DNA of 34,672 nucleotides from NCBI RefSeq assembly GCF_001194135.2, contig NC_068988.1, positions 34,432,850 to 34,467,521 of the forward strand, written 5' to 3'. The notes beneath the pieces were generated by a model. That model was given only the letters and a program-made list of their open reading frames with translations. It was not told the origin of the DNA and searched no databases. Below are positions 9,868-22,282 of this stretch, one piece after another. Each line of letters opens with the position of its first letter. Within the stretch, counting starts at the first letter, position 1. Source of the stretch: Octopus bimaculoides (taxonomy: Eukaryota). Position numbers and translations under genes: made by a program.

Positions 9868-10649
9868 NNNNNNNNNNNNNNNNNNNNNNNNNNNNNNNNN
9901 NNNNNNNNNNNNNNNNNNNNNNNNNNNNNNNNNNNNNNNNNNNNNNNNNNNNNNNNNNNNNNNNNNNNNNNNNNNNNNNNNNNNNNNNNNNNNNNNNNNN
10001 NNNNNNNNNNNNNNNNNNNNNNNNNNNNNNNNNNNNNNNNNNNNNNNNNNNNNNNNNNNNNNNNNNNNNNNNNNNNNNNNNNNNNNNNNNNNNNNNNNNN
10101 NNNNNNNNNNNNNNNNNNNNNNNNNNNNNNNNNNNNNNNNNNNNNNNNNNNNNNNNNNNNNNNNNNNNNNNNNNNNNNNNNNNNNNNNNNNNNNNNNNNN
10201 NNNNNNNNNNNNNNNNNNNNNNNNNNNNNNNNNNNNNNNNNNNNNNNNNNNNNNNNNNNNNNNNNNNNNNNNNNNNNNNNNNNNNNNNNNNNNNNNNNNN
10301 NNNNNNNNNNNNNNNNNNNNNNNNNNNNNNNNNNNNNNNNNNNNNNNNNNNNNNNNNNNNNNNNNNNNNNNNNNNNNNNNNNNNNNNNNNNNNNNNNNNN
10401 NNNNNNNNNNNNNNNNNNNNNNNNNNNNNNNNNNNNNNNNNNNNNNNNNNNNNNNNNNNNNNNNNNNNNNNNNNNNNNNNNNNNNNNNNNNNNNNNNNNN
10501 NNNNNNNNNNNNNNNNNNNNNNNNNNNNNNNNNNNNNNNNNNNNNNNNNNNNNNNNNNNNNNNNNNNNNNNNNNNNNNNNNNNNNNNNNNNNNNNNNNNN
10601 NNNNNNNNNNNNNNNNNNNNNNNNNNNNNNNNNNNNNNNNNNNNNNNNN
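9868..10649. other. Assembly gap flanked by (AT)n
   Basis: Run of N. Other gaps: 9374-9383, 17252-17530, 18307-18316, 23597-23856, 30325-30334, 33950-34049. Confidence 1.
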
Positions 10650-12234
10650 TATATATATATATATATATATATCCTGATCACTTCAAAGTTTAAACAACTG
10701 TGTAGACTATGTTTTGCTGAGGAGGTCTCACAACATCGAACCGTATCCGTTGCTGTTATGAGTTGGCTTTAAAGATATTCCCAGTCACTCTCATCTACAT
10801 AGTCTTCATTTCCAAAACTATCAGTTAATTGAAATTGTCTCCCTTAGGATTTGTTTTCGATTTCAAACATCTCTGAAACATTCATGGAGATTGTATCTAC
10901 TTGTTGTATGGATAATCTGAATTAATAGATGTTTTTCTACTATTTGTGTTTAGATACTCTATTGTATGTGAATTCATTTGGCAGAAGCTCCTCTGTAAAA
11001 CTTTTCTTCAGCCCTACTGCCGATTTTCCCTGCTTCAGTTATGCTGTTATTTCATGTTTGAAAGCCGTAAGTCATTCTAATTTTCTTACGGATGCCAACC
11101 ATTTATTTTATCATCTTCCTTTTGTAAAAGCTTCCACATTCCACCTGCTGACGTGTAGATACTGGAAAATTACTAGACAAATGCTACTGGAATTGCTATA
11201 AATGTTTTTTATTACTTTAGTTGCTGCGAACATTTTTAAAGGTTATAAAGCGGCTAAAACAGTAGGAGTGACAAACAAAACGTAGTAATTAGTTACATAC
11301 ATATCCGATACCGTCTATCAGAGTTCAAATCATCCTACGTTGAGTATGCTTTCTATCCCTCTGAGAACTGAGAAATCGAATACCAATATAACAGCAGTTT
11401 CGATTCAATAACAACACCCATGTACCCTAAGAGAAATCTTTGTTATTTAATCCCTAAATCCCTAATAAAAACTAATCACACTGCGTAGAATAAGTGAACG
11501 TCAGCGTTGGCTATAGTAATACAGCGTCTTTCATAAGTTTGAGTAATTCGTAAACCGTGGCAAGAAGAGGATTCTGTTATTCCTAATTGTCTCTTCGTCT
11601 AAAGAACATGATTTATTCTCTAGGACCACACCAAACTTCAGATTCCTGTTCTTTCCTACGACAATACGAGTTATATTAAGTCACGGATTTCTGTCTAAAT
11701 ATTTTCCTTACTAATGAATACTCAGTTATTTCTCTCAGTTAGTCACGAATATGTCTCTAATATTTATTTATTTATCTATTTATTTTGCCAGGTAGTTCAG
11801 CAGTATTTGTTTCGTCTTCATGCTATGTGTATAGGACACGCTTAGCTAACAGAAACTTTCTTTCACGATTCTATCAACTCAGGTAAAACCAAAATATCGA
11901 AATGTCCTCAAATCCCTGGGGAGAATATAATCACCAAGGGATTAACTCCTCTGTCGTGGTGTTATATGAAGCAGAAAATTTCCTCTTTGAGAAAGATGTT
12001 GTTCCTCCACAAATGGCAGTCCCATGTTCATCTGGTACCTATAATCCTATAACTTCTAAAGTTAGATAAGCTTATGCAATACAAAATGACGTGCTTTATT
12101 TAGAAAACTATTGTGAATACGCATACGTCACCCAGCGAATTTAAAATTCTAACCTCTCAGAAAAAGTGACTAATTAAAACACAAAGTATTATAACCACCA
12201 TCTCTAAAATTCCTTCAAACAACATCAGCAAAGA

Positions 12235-12386
12235 ATACTTGCTTGGTAGATTATTTAACGATCTCGAAGAGTCGAAAGTCCAAGTTGATCTCGGTGAAAT
12301 TTGAACTTAGATCAGAGAGCGAGCAAAAGCAATATCACATGGCATTCTATCCGACACCCTAACGATCCAGCCAATTCACTGCCTTA
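12235..12386 (-). mobile_element. SINE family A, degenerate
   Basis: aagttgatctcggtgaaatttgaacttaga...ctaacgatccagccaattcactgcctt. Confidence 0.7.
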
Positions 12387-12504
12387 TCAATGAACAAAAC
12401 ATTTTATAAATTTGAAAATCTTTTACTAAATTCAAGTGGCATCAACCAAGAGTCTGTATGTTACTTCCCATAATTCAACACCATCAAGACATAATTCTAC
12501 AAAT

Positions 12505-12720
12505 CAACGAGAAATCTACTGTGGCCGCTCGACCAGCCTTAAAAAGCATCCTCATATCACGCCGTAGTTATCGTACATTGGATAATATAGTCTTAGGCTC
12601 CCAACAAAAATAAAGGTGAGATAGTTATATCTGGAATGTCTCTGACCATAGATCTGCACCATCAAGGTTGACTTGGATATAAAAAAAAGCAACAGCAGAT
12701 AATTAAGAACAACTAGGCTG
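12505..12720 (+). mobile_element. Family B copy
   Basis: gtggccgctcgaccagcc...acattggataatatagtcttagg...ccatagatctgcaccatcaaggttgacttgg then an A/CAG tail. Confidence 0.55.
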
Positions 12721-13519
12721 GAAACAACAGACAAATCATCCTGAAATCATGCCTTATCATTTTGAAGAAACAACGGATATATTTTCACTAAGTAATTAAT
12801 CCCTTACATACAAAAGTAAAGATAGTCTCGGCTGAAACGATTTTGATCATAGATCTGAGCTATCACAGGTGCCTTAGGCCTTAAACAGCAAGAGAGACAA
12901 TCTAGTACGTACATTGAATAAAATATTTGTAAAAACTTAAAACAAAGTCAAATAAAGATATCCAAAGAGGTAAGATAAAATATAAAGGAACACTACATGG
13001 CGTTATTTTGCTTTACGTATATAAAATGGCTGCCAATAAAAGAGATATAGTTCATAATTTATAATAAACAGCGATAAATAGAACTGGGAGATACCTTGAT
13101 TTTCGTGAAATTTCGAATAAAGGCTGAGTAAATTTCTTTTGTTATAACATTTCCATCTTTGTGTCACTCAATTGATATAATGTATCGGCTAATTACTGAA
13201 CATTATTGAATTATAAATTAATTCTACCGATGTAAGAAACTCAATTGTACAATCAATATCGTGTATTATCAGGTGAATATATCGTCGGAAATAGTGCTTT
13301 TCACTCAGCTCTTTCATTATCAATTATCTCCTCCTCGTAGGACTACCAGAATTGGTAAACACAAATATAGGACATTTTTATATTTAAAATCAAGTAACTA
13401 CTAAATTCGTGTATACACATATCTAAAACATGCTGAGATTAACATTAAATGATTGGTCTCAGAAAAATACGTTGAAATGAAATATATTGATACAATTCTA
13501 AAATTTAAATAACTCACCT

Positions 13520-15000
13520 TTAGTCACATTTCACCGATGATATGCTTTTCTTGACAGGTCTCCGTTTTGCAGAACTTAATAATAAAATTCTTTGCAATGA
13601 CAATCTAGGTTCCACTTACATTGTTATATAGCTTCCATTGTAGTCACATCCAATTTATTTCGGTCCTTTGTCTGTTGAACATTCATTAATGAAAACACAC
13701 GCTCGGCATTAGTGCTATAAGCCTGTATGATGAACAACTTGTGGCATAAAATTAGCAGCTCTGAGAATTGCGCTTAAAATTCAATTTGTTGAAATACTGA
13801 ATGCCATTTTTCATAGCATAATTTTCTTTTGTATTTTTCAAGTTCACAATGCATCTATCGTTCAACGAGTTTGTTTTATTTTTTGTTTGTTTTTTCAATG
13901 CCTTCCAATGTCAAAAGAGAACATTATCATCATTTTTTACTCCATTCTAATTTAACCCTTGTTCCCATGTTAGAAGACTATTTAATAACATCCATGTAAA
14001 ACCATCAAATTCCTCAAGAGCTGAAGTCCATTCCACACGTTATTCATAGCAATTGCTGCAATAATTATCCACTTCAAGTTGGAATTTCTTTTCTTTTCAA
14101 ACTTAATGTCGTTACTATTAAGGCAAGCCTTGATACTTAGAGGGATAAACCTTTCATTAATTATTTCTGTTATATAGTTAATGAGATCTTCAATAAAGCT
14201 GTTTGCTCTTTTTTTTTTTTTCAGTTTGCATAATTCTATAGCTAAAAAGATATTGAAAACTTCGCTAGATTGCAAAAGAGAAACAAGGATTTTCATGGAT
14301 TTTTGTTCGGTATATAAGTAACATTTCAGTAGTTTGAATAAAGTGCTAATTCTCTTCCCTGCTATAACTAATGATGACAACGAATTTTAGAATATGAGAG
14401 AACTGAGGTAAATACAAGCAAACTCACAGACTTTCTTAATTTTTCAATTCGGACAATACAAATAGTCAGACAACAATTTCTGCATCAATTGAAAGAACGT
14501 TAGCTGTAGTTTGACAAACATTATACAGAATTTTTGTTGGTCGGCCTACTCCTATAGAATTCTTCTGGCTTTGCTTCAATTTTAGATAGATATTATCAAA
14601 AATTTGTGCAGCATCTGCCAAATTCGATGTTCGTGTTGTCTCCACCAACAGCTGTACATTTTTCAGTGTCAGCTTTAAAATCTGCAAAAAGCTTTCCTTC
14701 AGATTCTTCTTATAGTTTCTGGGGGTCTCACATGAAAGTGGTTACATCTGCAATAGACTCTTTCCTGGAAAATTGCAGCACGTAGAATGGAGATTTTTTC
14801 TTCTTGACGTTTTGTATTCATAGATTTACTATAAAAAGACGACATTCATCTCCTTCACAGTTTCTGAAATTTCGTTGGGAGCTAATTAATCTTTTATTAT
14901 TGCAATACATTTCCTCCAAATGAGTGAATATTACTTGCAGTTCAGATTCTTAAATAACTCTTTGCAAAAGTTATTTCGTACAATCATTTGAGCTGAACAA
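13520..15000 (-). pseudogene. hAT-superfamily transposase relic (multiple stops and frameshifts)
   Basis: Minus-strand translation gives LAP; KCTAVGGDNTN (14632-14646); IGVG(RPTK)ILYNVCQTTANVLSIDAEIVV (decayed CxxH region); YSKIR(W)..SL..A.KRI..LF.LLKCY; and the C-terminal dimerization domain with STNAERVFSLMN.Q.TKDRNKL.V.T.EAI.QCK.N (ERVFS at 13690-13704). TIRs not found. Confidence 0.85.
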
Positions 15001-15190
15001 TTGACAACACTGGACAGTGCAGAAGGCCACTGCAACTTATACTTTTATCGTACCTGCAGCGTCTGTGTTTCTCTTGATCAAGAAATATGTTATTATTGTA
15101 GCTGAGTAACGCGAGGGCAACATACATCGTTTGTACTTTGCACTTTCTATATTCTGTAGCATTATACTTTCTTCTTTGCTCAGTAGTATT

Positions 15191-15364
15191 GTTTTCAAAT
15201 TTTGGCACAAGGCCAGTAATTTCGGGGGGAAAACCTAAATCGATTACATTGACACCGATACTTAACTGCTAATTATTTTATCGACCTTGAAAGGATGAAA
15301 GGCCAACTCTACCTAGGCGGAATTTGAACTCAGAGCATACATACGGGCGATATGCCGCTAAGTA
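15191..15364 (-). mobile_element. SINE family A, head cut at the mariner junction
   Basis: gttttcaaattttggcacaaggccag...gcggaatttgaactcagag...atgccgctaagta, immediately followed by the mariner end. Confidence 0.88.
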
Positions 15365-16245
15365 TTGGGTCATCCCATAAATAATTTGGTGATTTTATAC
15401 ATCTTTTACTTTTTAAAATTAAGACAAAGTTCTTTTTTAATCTAATATATACTCTCCTTCATTTTCTACAATGCTCTTCCATCTATGTGGTAGACTTGCA
15501 AGGCCCCTCTTCCAAAATTCATTTGTCCATGGGTGTGAGGGGCATCGTTTCCCATTCAAACTGCTCCAGTATATGGCCGAGCATTATCCTGGTGTTTAAA
15601 GGTGGTTATTTTTGTTCGAGCACTGACTTAAGCCGCTCAAGCTGCTCTCAGTAGATCTTTATTATCGTTTGGTTTCAGTTTAAAAGTTTAAAAAGGACTA
15701 AAGCTTTCATATCCCACCAAACAGATAACAACACCATACGTGGGTGAAGTACTTTAGCCTGGGGTGGCGGTGTTTGTTCTTTCCCTAACCACTACCTTCG
15801 GTTCTTGACATTTTTACAGAGAACCCATTTCTCTCATCAGTCACTATTCGGTTCAAAAATGGTTTATTTGTGACATGTGAGAGTAAAGAAGAGCAAACAT
15901 TCACTCTCTACGAACGATTAGACTCAGAAGTTTGTGAGGAATCCACTGACCCAATTTGATGACTTTTCTGATGGTACATAGGTGTCAATGAATGGTTGAA
16001 TGACCAAATCCAAGCTTTTCTGCTGGTTCCTCAACAGTTATGATGAGATTTTGTGCTACCAGGACGCCCTCGTCGATCTCTACAGATCTTCCTCGATGAG
16101 GATCGTCTTCTAGGCTATAGTTTCCGGTTCGGAATTTCTGGAATAACCGTTGACACTGGCTTACGCTTATTGCCCGATCCGCGTATACTGCATTAATATT
16201 CCTCGCACTTTCAGTTGTGCCGTTGCCTTTAAATTGCCACTTAAA
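15363..16245 (-). pseudogene. mariner (Tc1/mariner, DD34D-type) transposon relic with one TIR
   Basis: Minus-strand translation gives ARNINAVY.DRAISV.QCQR.FQKFR.GNYSLED; WIPHKL (15928-15945); RIVT.DEKW; VLLSVWWD; QLERL; HQDNARP (15574-15588); RGLASLPHRW.SIVENEGEYI. The YSPDLAP region is deleted. TA plus a TIR-like ttgggtcatcccataaataat starts at 15363. Confidence 0.92.
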
Positions 16246-16489
16246 AACAAGATCTTCAAACCTAGCCTATCAATATCTCACACGTCAGTTAGCAATGTAA
16301 TTCGCAATGGTGAATTTGATGGGTTTGTGGTTACCGTGGATAACGCTGTAGTTTTTATTCTTAATCAGGTTGTGGTCGTAATGGATTGATACTGTAGTAT
16401 AATACGGTTGTAGTGGCAGTAATCGTATGGAAATTCAGATACCAAATACCAAACACGTAACACAGAGTAAGGTAAAGTTCCTTTTCGAG

Positions 16490-16733
16490 TCATTTAGACT
16501 CACAGGGCCCGTTTCCCGTTTTCTCTGGCGTAAGTATCCACCACCCCCCACCCCCACCGAAGGGGACACCGGTCTATTGCAGAGTTACTCACTTTTCCCA
16601 GCTGAGTAGACTTGAGTAACGTGAAATTAAGTGTTTTGCTCAAGAACACAACGCATCGCCTCGTCCAGCAACCGAAACCGCAATCTCAGGATCATGAATC
16701 CAATACCCTAATCACTAAGCCACGCTCCTCCAT
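16490..16733 (-). mobile_element. tRNA-headed SINE family C
   Basis: Minus strand: ggaggagcgtggcttagtgattaggg (A-box-like)...gcgttgtgttcttgagcaaaacacttaatttcacg...ctcagctggg...tail ending gactcgaaaaggaactttac. Confidence 0.85.
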
Positions 16734-16750
16734 CATAATAGTGAATCAGT

Positions 16751-16952
16751 AAAGGCAGCGAGCTGGCAGAATCGTTAGCACACTGAGAAAATCGCTTAGG
16801 CGGTATTTCGTCCGTCGTTACGTAATGAGTTCTAATTCCACCGAGGTCGGCTTCGCCTTTCATCCTATCGAGATCCATAAAATAAGTACCAGTCGATGTA
16901 ATCGGTTTACTTTCCCCAAAAATTGCTGGCCTTGTGCCAAAAGTTGAAATCA
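16751..16952 (+). mobile_element. SINE family A
   Basis: aaaggcagcgagctggcagaatcgttagcac...aaattgctggccttgtgccaaaagttgaaatc. Confidence 0.92.
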
Positions 16953-18033
16953 TTATTATATTTCACACATTCAATACACATACGAACACATAACCATCTA
17001 TTTATCTTCTTTCAGAGTAGAAAGGGAAGTCTTGTCTAGTGAATGCTTCAGAAAAAGATGGGTGAATGTAGCAAGGATGGCACGTGTGAATGACGGAGCC
17101 ATCTTGAGCATAACCCTATGAACTAGAAAAAAGATCCAGGAAAAAAAAATAAAACAAAAAGGCAAAAGAGAGTCACTTACTGTTATAGGTTCTTCAATGA
17201 CAATATTGACCAAGGTTACCGTGGTCTTTTCCGTAGGCTTTTCTTTCCACGNNNNNNNNNNNNNNNNNNNNNNNNNNNNNNNNNNNNNNNNNNNNNNNNN
17301 NNNNNNNNNNNNNNNNNNNNNNNNNNNNNNNNNNNNNNNNNNNNNNNNNNNNNNNNNNNNNNNNNNNNNNNNNNNNNNNNNNNNNNNNNNNNNNNNNNNN
17401 NNNNNNNNNNNNNNNNNNNNNNNNNNNNNNNNNNNNNNNNNNNNNNNNNNNNNNNNNNNNNNNNNNNNNNNNNNNNNNNNNNNNNNNNNNNNNNNNNNNN
17501 NNNNNNNNNNNNNNNNNNNNNNNNNNNNNNCTTCCCCCTCCCAAAAAGAGATGCTCTACATTGTATTTGTCCCATCTTTGTTGAGCCCTGTGTGGCTAAT
17601 AAAAGAAATATATCTTCTTATCTATATCTCCGCTATCTTTCTATCCTCCTCCCCCTCTCTCTCTCTCTCTTTCTCTCTCAGCCTTCTTTCAACCATCCAT
17701 TCATAACAATAAGTGTGCTTTGGTGCTCAACTCTTCATCAATTGTACGTAACATACATCATGTTTACTTAGACGAATGCTGTTAAGTTATGCGCGTCTAA
17801 CAGCGCTTCTCTTTGTTGTTGTTGTCATTGTTCAAGGTTGGCATCCCACTGGGGGTAAGATTTGGGTGATAACGGAATCTCCCGTTTGATGTTTTACAGC
17901 GTGCGCGTGGGAGAGAGGGTGAGGGAGGGGAAAAGTGAGAGTGACAGACAGACGGACAGGCAGAAAGAGATAAGAAGTTTGGGAGTGAACAGGAGTGAGT
18001 CTGTATTGCGAGCAAGGGTGAGTGTGACGTGAT

Positions 18034-18272
18034 ACATGCATACATACATACATACATACATACATACATACGTACGTATAAGCATACATACATACATACA
18101 TACATACATACATACATACATACATGCATATAAGCATACATACATACATATAAACACACAAGCACACACACGCACACACACGCACACACACGCATACACA
18201 CTCACACACACTTACACATATTTGAGCGAGAGGTGAATAGTATACTACGCCTATATAAAAGTGTTTGGGAGA

Positions 18273-18306
<34 letters not shown>

Positions 18307-18316
18307 NNNNNNNNNN

Positions 18317-18362
<46 letters not shown>

Positions 18363-18469
18363 AGCGAGTGTGTGTGATTCTGGCAACAATTAGAAACTTT
18401 GCTTTCAACAAAGATATCAACGGAATTGACTGCATTTGAAAGCAAAATTAGAGAGAGAAAGGCTAAAGT

Positions 18470-18513
<44 letters not shown>

Positions 18514-18550
18514 GAGAGAAAGAGAGAGATAGAGATATAGAGAGAGAGGC
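18034..18550. repeat. Microsatellite cluster (CATA)n, (CA)n, (GT)n, (GA)n
   Basis: Direct reading; explains the many repetitive ORFs listed here. Confidence 0.95.
18254..18261 (+). promoter_or_regulatory. Possible TATA box (TATAAAAG)
   Basis: Matches TATAWAWR in non-repeat sequence; a strong donor-like CTG|GTAAGT lies at 18679/18680. Motif evidence only. Confidence 0.25.
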
Positions 18551-18723
18551 GGATGGGAGGGAGAGCAGAGAATGGGGTAGTGTTACAGAAAAGTGAAATG
18601 GGGAAGAGAAGACATTCTTTGAACGAAACCTTCGACAAATTTATCTCACTGCACTTGATGTCACTAAAAGCAGCAACTGGTAAGTGAAAGTATATAATTC
18701 TAAACCCCTTTTAACTGAATAGT

Positions 18724-19133
18724 ACTTTCTACTAAAAGTAGGAGACCTGAAATTTGAGGGAAAGTTGCTTTATGATAACATCAATTCCAGTACTCCACTG
18801 ATGTTTTATCCACTAAGGAGGCGAGCTGGCAGAATCGTTAGCACGCCGGGCGAAATGCTTAGCGGAATTTCGTCTGCCGTTACGTTCTGAGTTCAAATTC
18901 CGCCAAGGTCGACTTTGCTTTTCATCCTCTCGGGGTCGATAAATTAAGTTGCGTACTAGGATCGATCTAATCGACTTAATTCCCTCCACAAAATTTCAGG
19001 CCTTGTGCCTGGAGTAGGAAAGGATATTTTATCCAAGGCTGAAAGGTAAATTTACCTTCGATAGAATTTGAATTCAAAGCATAAAGACGGATGAAATATC
19101 GATAAGTATTCTATCCGGCATGCTAATGATTCT
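18724..19133 (-). mobile_element. Old family A SINE interrupted by a younger copy
   Basis: Tail ttctactaaaagtaggagacctgaaatttgagg (18727-), body resumes at 19036 aggctgaaaggtaaatttaccttcgatagaatttgaattc...ggcatgctaatgattc. Confidence 0.8.
18813..19022 (+). mobile_element. Young family A SINE (alternative tail) with 13-bp TSD
   Basis: Near-consensus head ggcgagctggcagaatcgttagcacgccgggcgaaatgcttagcgg; flanked by gatgttttatcca (18800-18812) and gatattttatcca (19023-19035). Confidence 0.95.
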
Positions 19134-19234
19134 TCTCCTTCCTGTAACTGAATAATATATAGACATACGAGGAATATCAATAGTAGCCGAATCGATTTGC
19201 TGCTGCTCTATCAACTCAAGAGAACAGCGAATTA

Positions 19235-19390
19235 CTTATGTACCTAGTCGTTAGAGTATGAGGATAGAATGTCTTGAGATATTTGTTTTGATTCTCTGGC
19301 TTCTAAGTTCAAATTCCACTGGGGGCCAATTTTATCTTTCTTCCTATTTGTAAGTCGATAAATAAAAGATCAGTCAAATAGCAGAGATCG
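19235..19390 (+). mobile_element. SINE family A, highly degenerate
   Basis: gtcgttagag...ttctaagttcaaattccact...tttcttcct...gtcgataaataa. Confidence 0.55.
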
Positions 19391-19599
19391 CTTTCCGCGC
19401 TTCCTTTGTCTCTCCCCCCCTCTCTCTCTCTTTCTTTTTCTCTCCCAGAATTTCCTACGACAGAGAGCTAATAGATCAGTGTTCGCATTAGGACTCCACC
19501 AATCAGTCGATCTGTCAAAAAAAAAAAGATCAGTTTAATTATCTTACGGCTTATATCCTGTCTGTATTCGGCTTACATTTATTTAAGGTCGAGACAATT

Positions 19600-19792
19600 G
19601 TCCTTTAATTCCATGTTAGCTCTGACAGAGCTGAACTATCATCAAAAGGCATTAATACCGTGACCATCTTGTCTTTATAGAATTGACTTATCCAATAAGC
19701 CCTTCCCTTAAGTATGAAGGTTGTAATTTAATGAAAATTTTGCTGTTATTTCTTGTAGATTAAGCGGACAGGTAAAGGTATCTTCGTTGCCA
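19600..19792 (-). mobile_element. Family B copy
   Basis: Minus strand: caacgaagatacc...ctacaagaaataacagcaaaat...attggataag...aaagacaagatggtcacggtattaatgccttttgatgatag. Confidence 0.6.
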
Positions 19793-21329
19793 GACCGTTG
19801 TAAAATATGACATAATTCGATGTTATATCGCTCACTAGTATTCACTTTATGTAGCAACAGCGAGCAGGAATGATGTTTATCAAGTCATCTTAAGTTGGAG
19901 GATTCTGCAAAAGCCGAAATCTCATACGCAAAGAACCAGAAGATGGGTTGAAATCTTTGAGGTCAGAGAACTTATCGACTGTGTAATCATTAGCTTTGCT
20001 GGTGATCATATTGCAAAAATTACGGCTGTGCATAAGCGACACGAATTTGGAAAATGGAAGGAAAATGGAACTAGTGGAGCTCCTTCAAGTTAGCTGACAT
20101 TAATCACCAGAGGAACTACGAAGGAGGGTTTCTGCAATGAAATGTGACTTGTTTTGCCTTCATTGAATTCTGAGCATACGTTCTCTTTTGTTTTTCACAA
20201 ACATAATAACAGCTGGAAATTCGATTATTTGTTAGAAATATATATACTCAGGAAGAACCCTGCTCAGGTTTTTTTTTCCACTCATTTAAATCTTTCAGAT
20301 TTTTTATAAACTTTATTCTTAACTTATTTACACAACGTTTGAAGTGATCGATTTGAGATGAAACTAACAGACCAAATCGACACATGGTACTTTAATAATT
20401 GTAAAATAATAACAGACGTGGTCATTACATCAATTTCCGTAATACCTCTTTGATGTAACATTTTTACATATTCTTTAGTTATACGAATTCACTTTTAATC
20501 CCCGTCAACAAAATGGAAACGGTTGCGTAAGTATGATTCTCGGGTTTCAGCTACACAGAATGTGATTAATAAATATTTATGTGATCTTGAGATTGTATTC
20601 GGATAATTGATGTCCAGATAAGCGAGGTTTGGCTGAAATTATTTTAGATTTCATTAGCATATGGAAGTGAAGCTTCTGAAATAGATAGCATCGAACTAAT
20701 ATCGGGTAGCTTTTACTTCCTCTTACGTCTTATGTTCGAACTTAGTTGGTTTTATTTTTATTTTTTGTGGGTGGTGGCTAGAGTGGGAGCAGATTGTCCT
20801 GGAGTAAAGAAGTTACGATCATAGACTTCACAGGTCCTTCGAGCTTGAAATCCGATATGGTTAAATCTATTCTTTTTAAAGTTACGGATGACTACAGTTA
20901 AGGATCATATTTCATCGAAATACAACAATACATCTTAAGAATTTTCATCTGAGCAAAATCAAAGCAATGTGACCAAAGATTTTATAGGAAATAATATATC
21001 GTTATATATTACTGAGATCGTTTTTACGATAATAAGGAGAAGAAACGTTAAACCCATCAGGATTTGAATACAAAATAGTGAAGTACCGAAGTACTGTTTG
21101 ATTTGTTTGTACAAAATGGTGGGTTCTACGTCGGTTTCGACGATGAACAAACAGTGATTCGACTAGTTGAAGAATAACCAATTGAAATTAAGATGAAATG
21201 ACTCTGATACTCTCTCGTATGTTTGCTCTTGGTGTCATTCCAGGCCGAAACAGTATGAGACGTTGTGACAAGGATAGACCTTAGAGTTATAGGTACAATC
21301 TAGACGGAAAGAAACTGACTCTACAACAG

Positions 21330-21465
21330 GCAATTTATTTCCTGAATCCGGAAAGATGAAAGTCAAGATTTACCTCAGCAAGATTTGAGCTCAAATCAAA
21401 AAGAGTGAGATCACTTAAGGCAATGTACTCTAAATATCTAACGATTCTGCCAATCCATCGTCTTA
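21330..21465 (-). mobile_element. SINE family A, degenerate
   Basis: gatgaaagtcaagatttacctcagcaagatttgagctcaaa...ctaacgattctgccaatccatcgtc. Confidence 0.65.
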
Positions 21466-21718
21466 TCTGTTACGGCTTACACGTCCACCAACGTAAACAT
21501 TCATTTAGATCACACAAATCCATACGCAGGCAGACGCACACACACATACACACACTAACACGTGAATATTCATTTGAATTACACAGATTCTCACACATGC
21601 ACATACACATACACACACATACTCACACACATACGCACACACACACATGCACACACACATACTCACACACAAACACACACGCAGACATGTGTATGTATGT
21701 GTATATATATATTAGACA

Positions 21719-21965
21719 GTGGAGGAGCGTGGTTTAGTGGCCCGGGAATTTGGTTCACTTCAGCAAAACGCTTATTTCACTTTGTTTAAGTTCACTCAAT
21801 AACAGCTGGCAAAATTGAGTAGTACCTGCATTTCAAAGGGCCAGCCTTGTCACATTCTGCGTGATAACGTGTCTGTGGTGTGCTCAGCCACTTTCACATT
21901 AATTCCATGAGCAGGCCGTTCCATTGATCGGACCAACTGGACACCTCGCTGTCATAACCGATGGA
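21719..21965 (+). mobile_element. SINE with family C head and a different tail
   Basis: ggaggagcgtggtttagtgg...gcaaaacgcttatttcac...cagctggcaaaattgagta...gccagccttgtcacattctg...gtgctcagccac...gttccattgatcgg. Confidence 0.8.
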
Positions 21966-22044
21966 GTTTGTATATCTGTAATATTTTATGCATGCATATA
22001 TTCACGCGCGCGCCTGTGTACAGGCGGGAATGTGCAGGCATAGC

Positions 22045-22225
22045 TCATTATAGGTGCCAGAATGGCTGCAGTAAGGGAGTTCACTTTCCAGTCTAGCGGG
22101 TTTGAGTTCAGTTCCACTGCGTGACGCATTGTCCATGTACCTTCTACTATAGCCTTGGGTGTAGATATGATAAACAGAGGAAGCCTATCGTGTGTGAGTG
22201 TATGTATGTGTGTGTGCGTGGATAC

Positions 22226-22282
<57 letters not shown>

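Noticed and set aside
9801-10772. Long ORFs (284-323 aa) and similar ones at 17.2, 23.4 and 33.8 kb
   Set aside because: They are runs of X across assembly gaps flanked by microsatellites.
10700-11220. Possibly coding-like decayed sequence on the minus strand
   Set aside because: Multiple stops and no motif I can name with confidence; a translated search would be needed.
11902-12069. 55-aa ATG-initiated ORF (MSSNPWGEY...) in unique sequence
   Set aside because: Short, no recognisable motif, and no convincing splice context.
21055-21177. PSGFEYKIVKY...DLFVQNGG loosely recalling small GTPase motifs
   Set aside because: Needs a frameshift, key residues are absent, and similarity is too weak.
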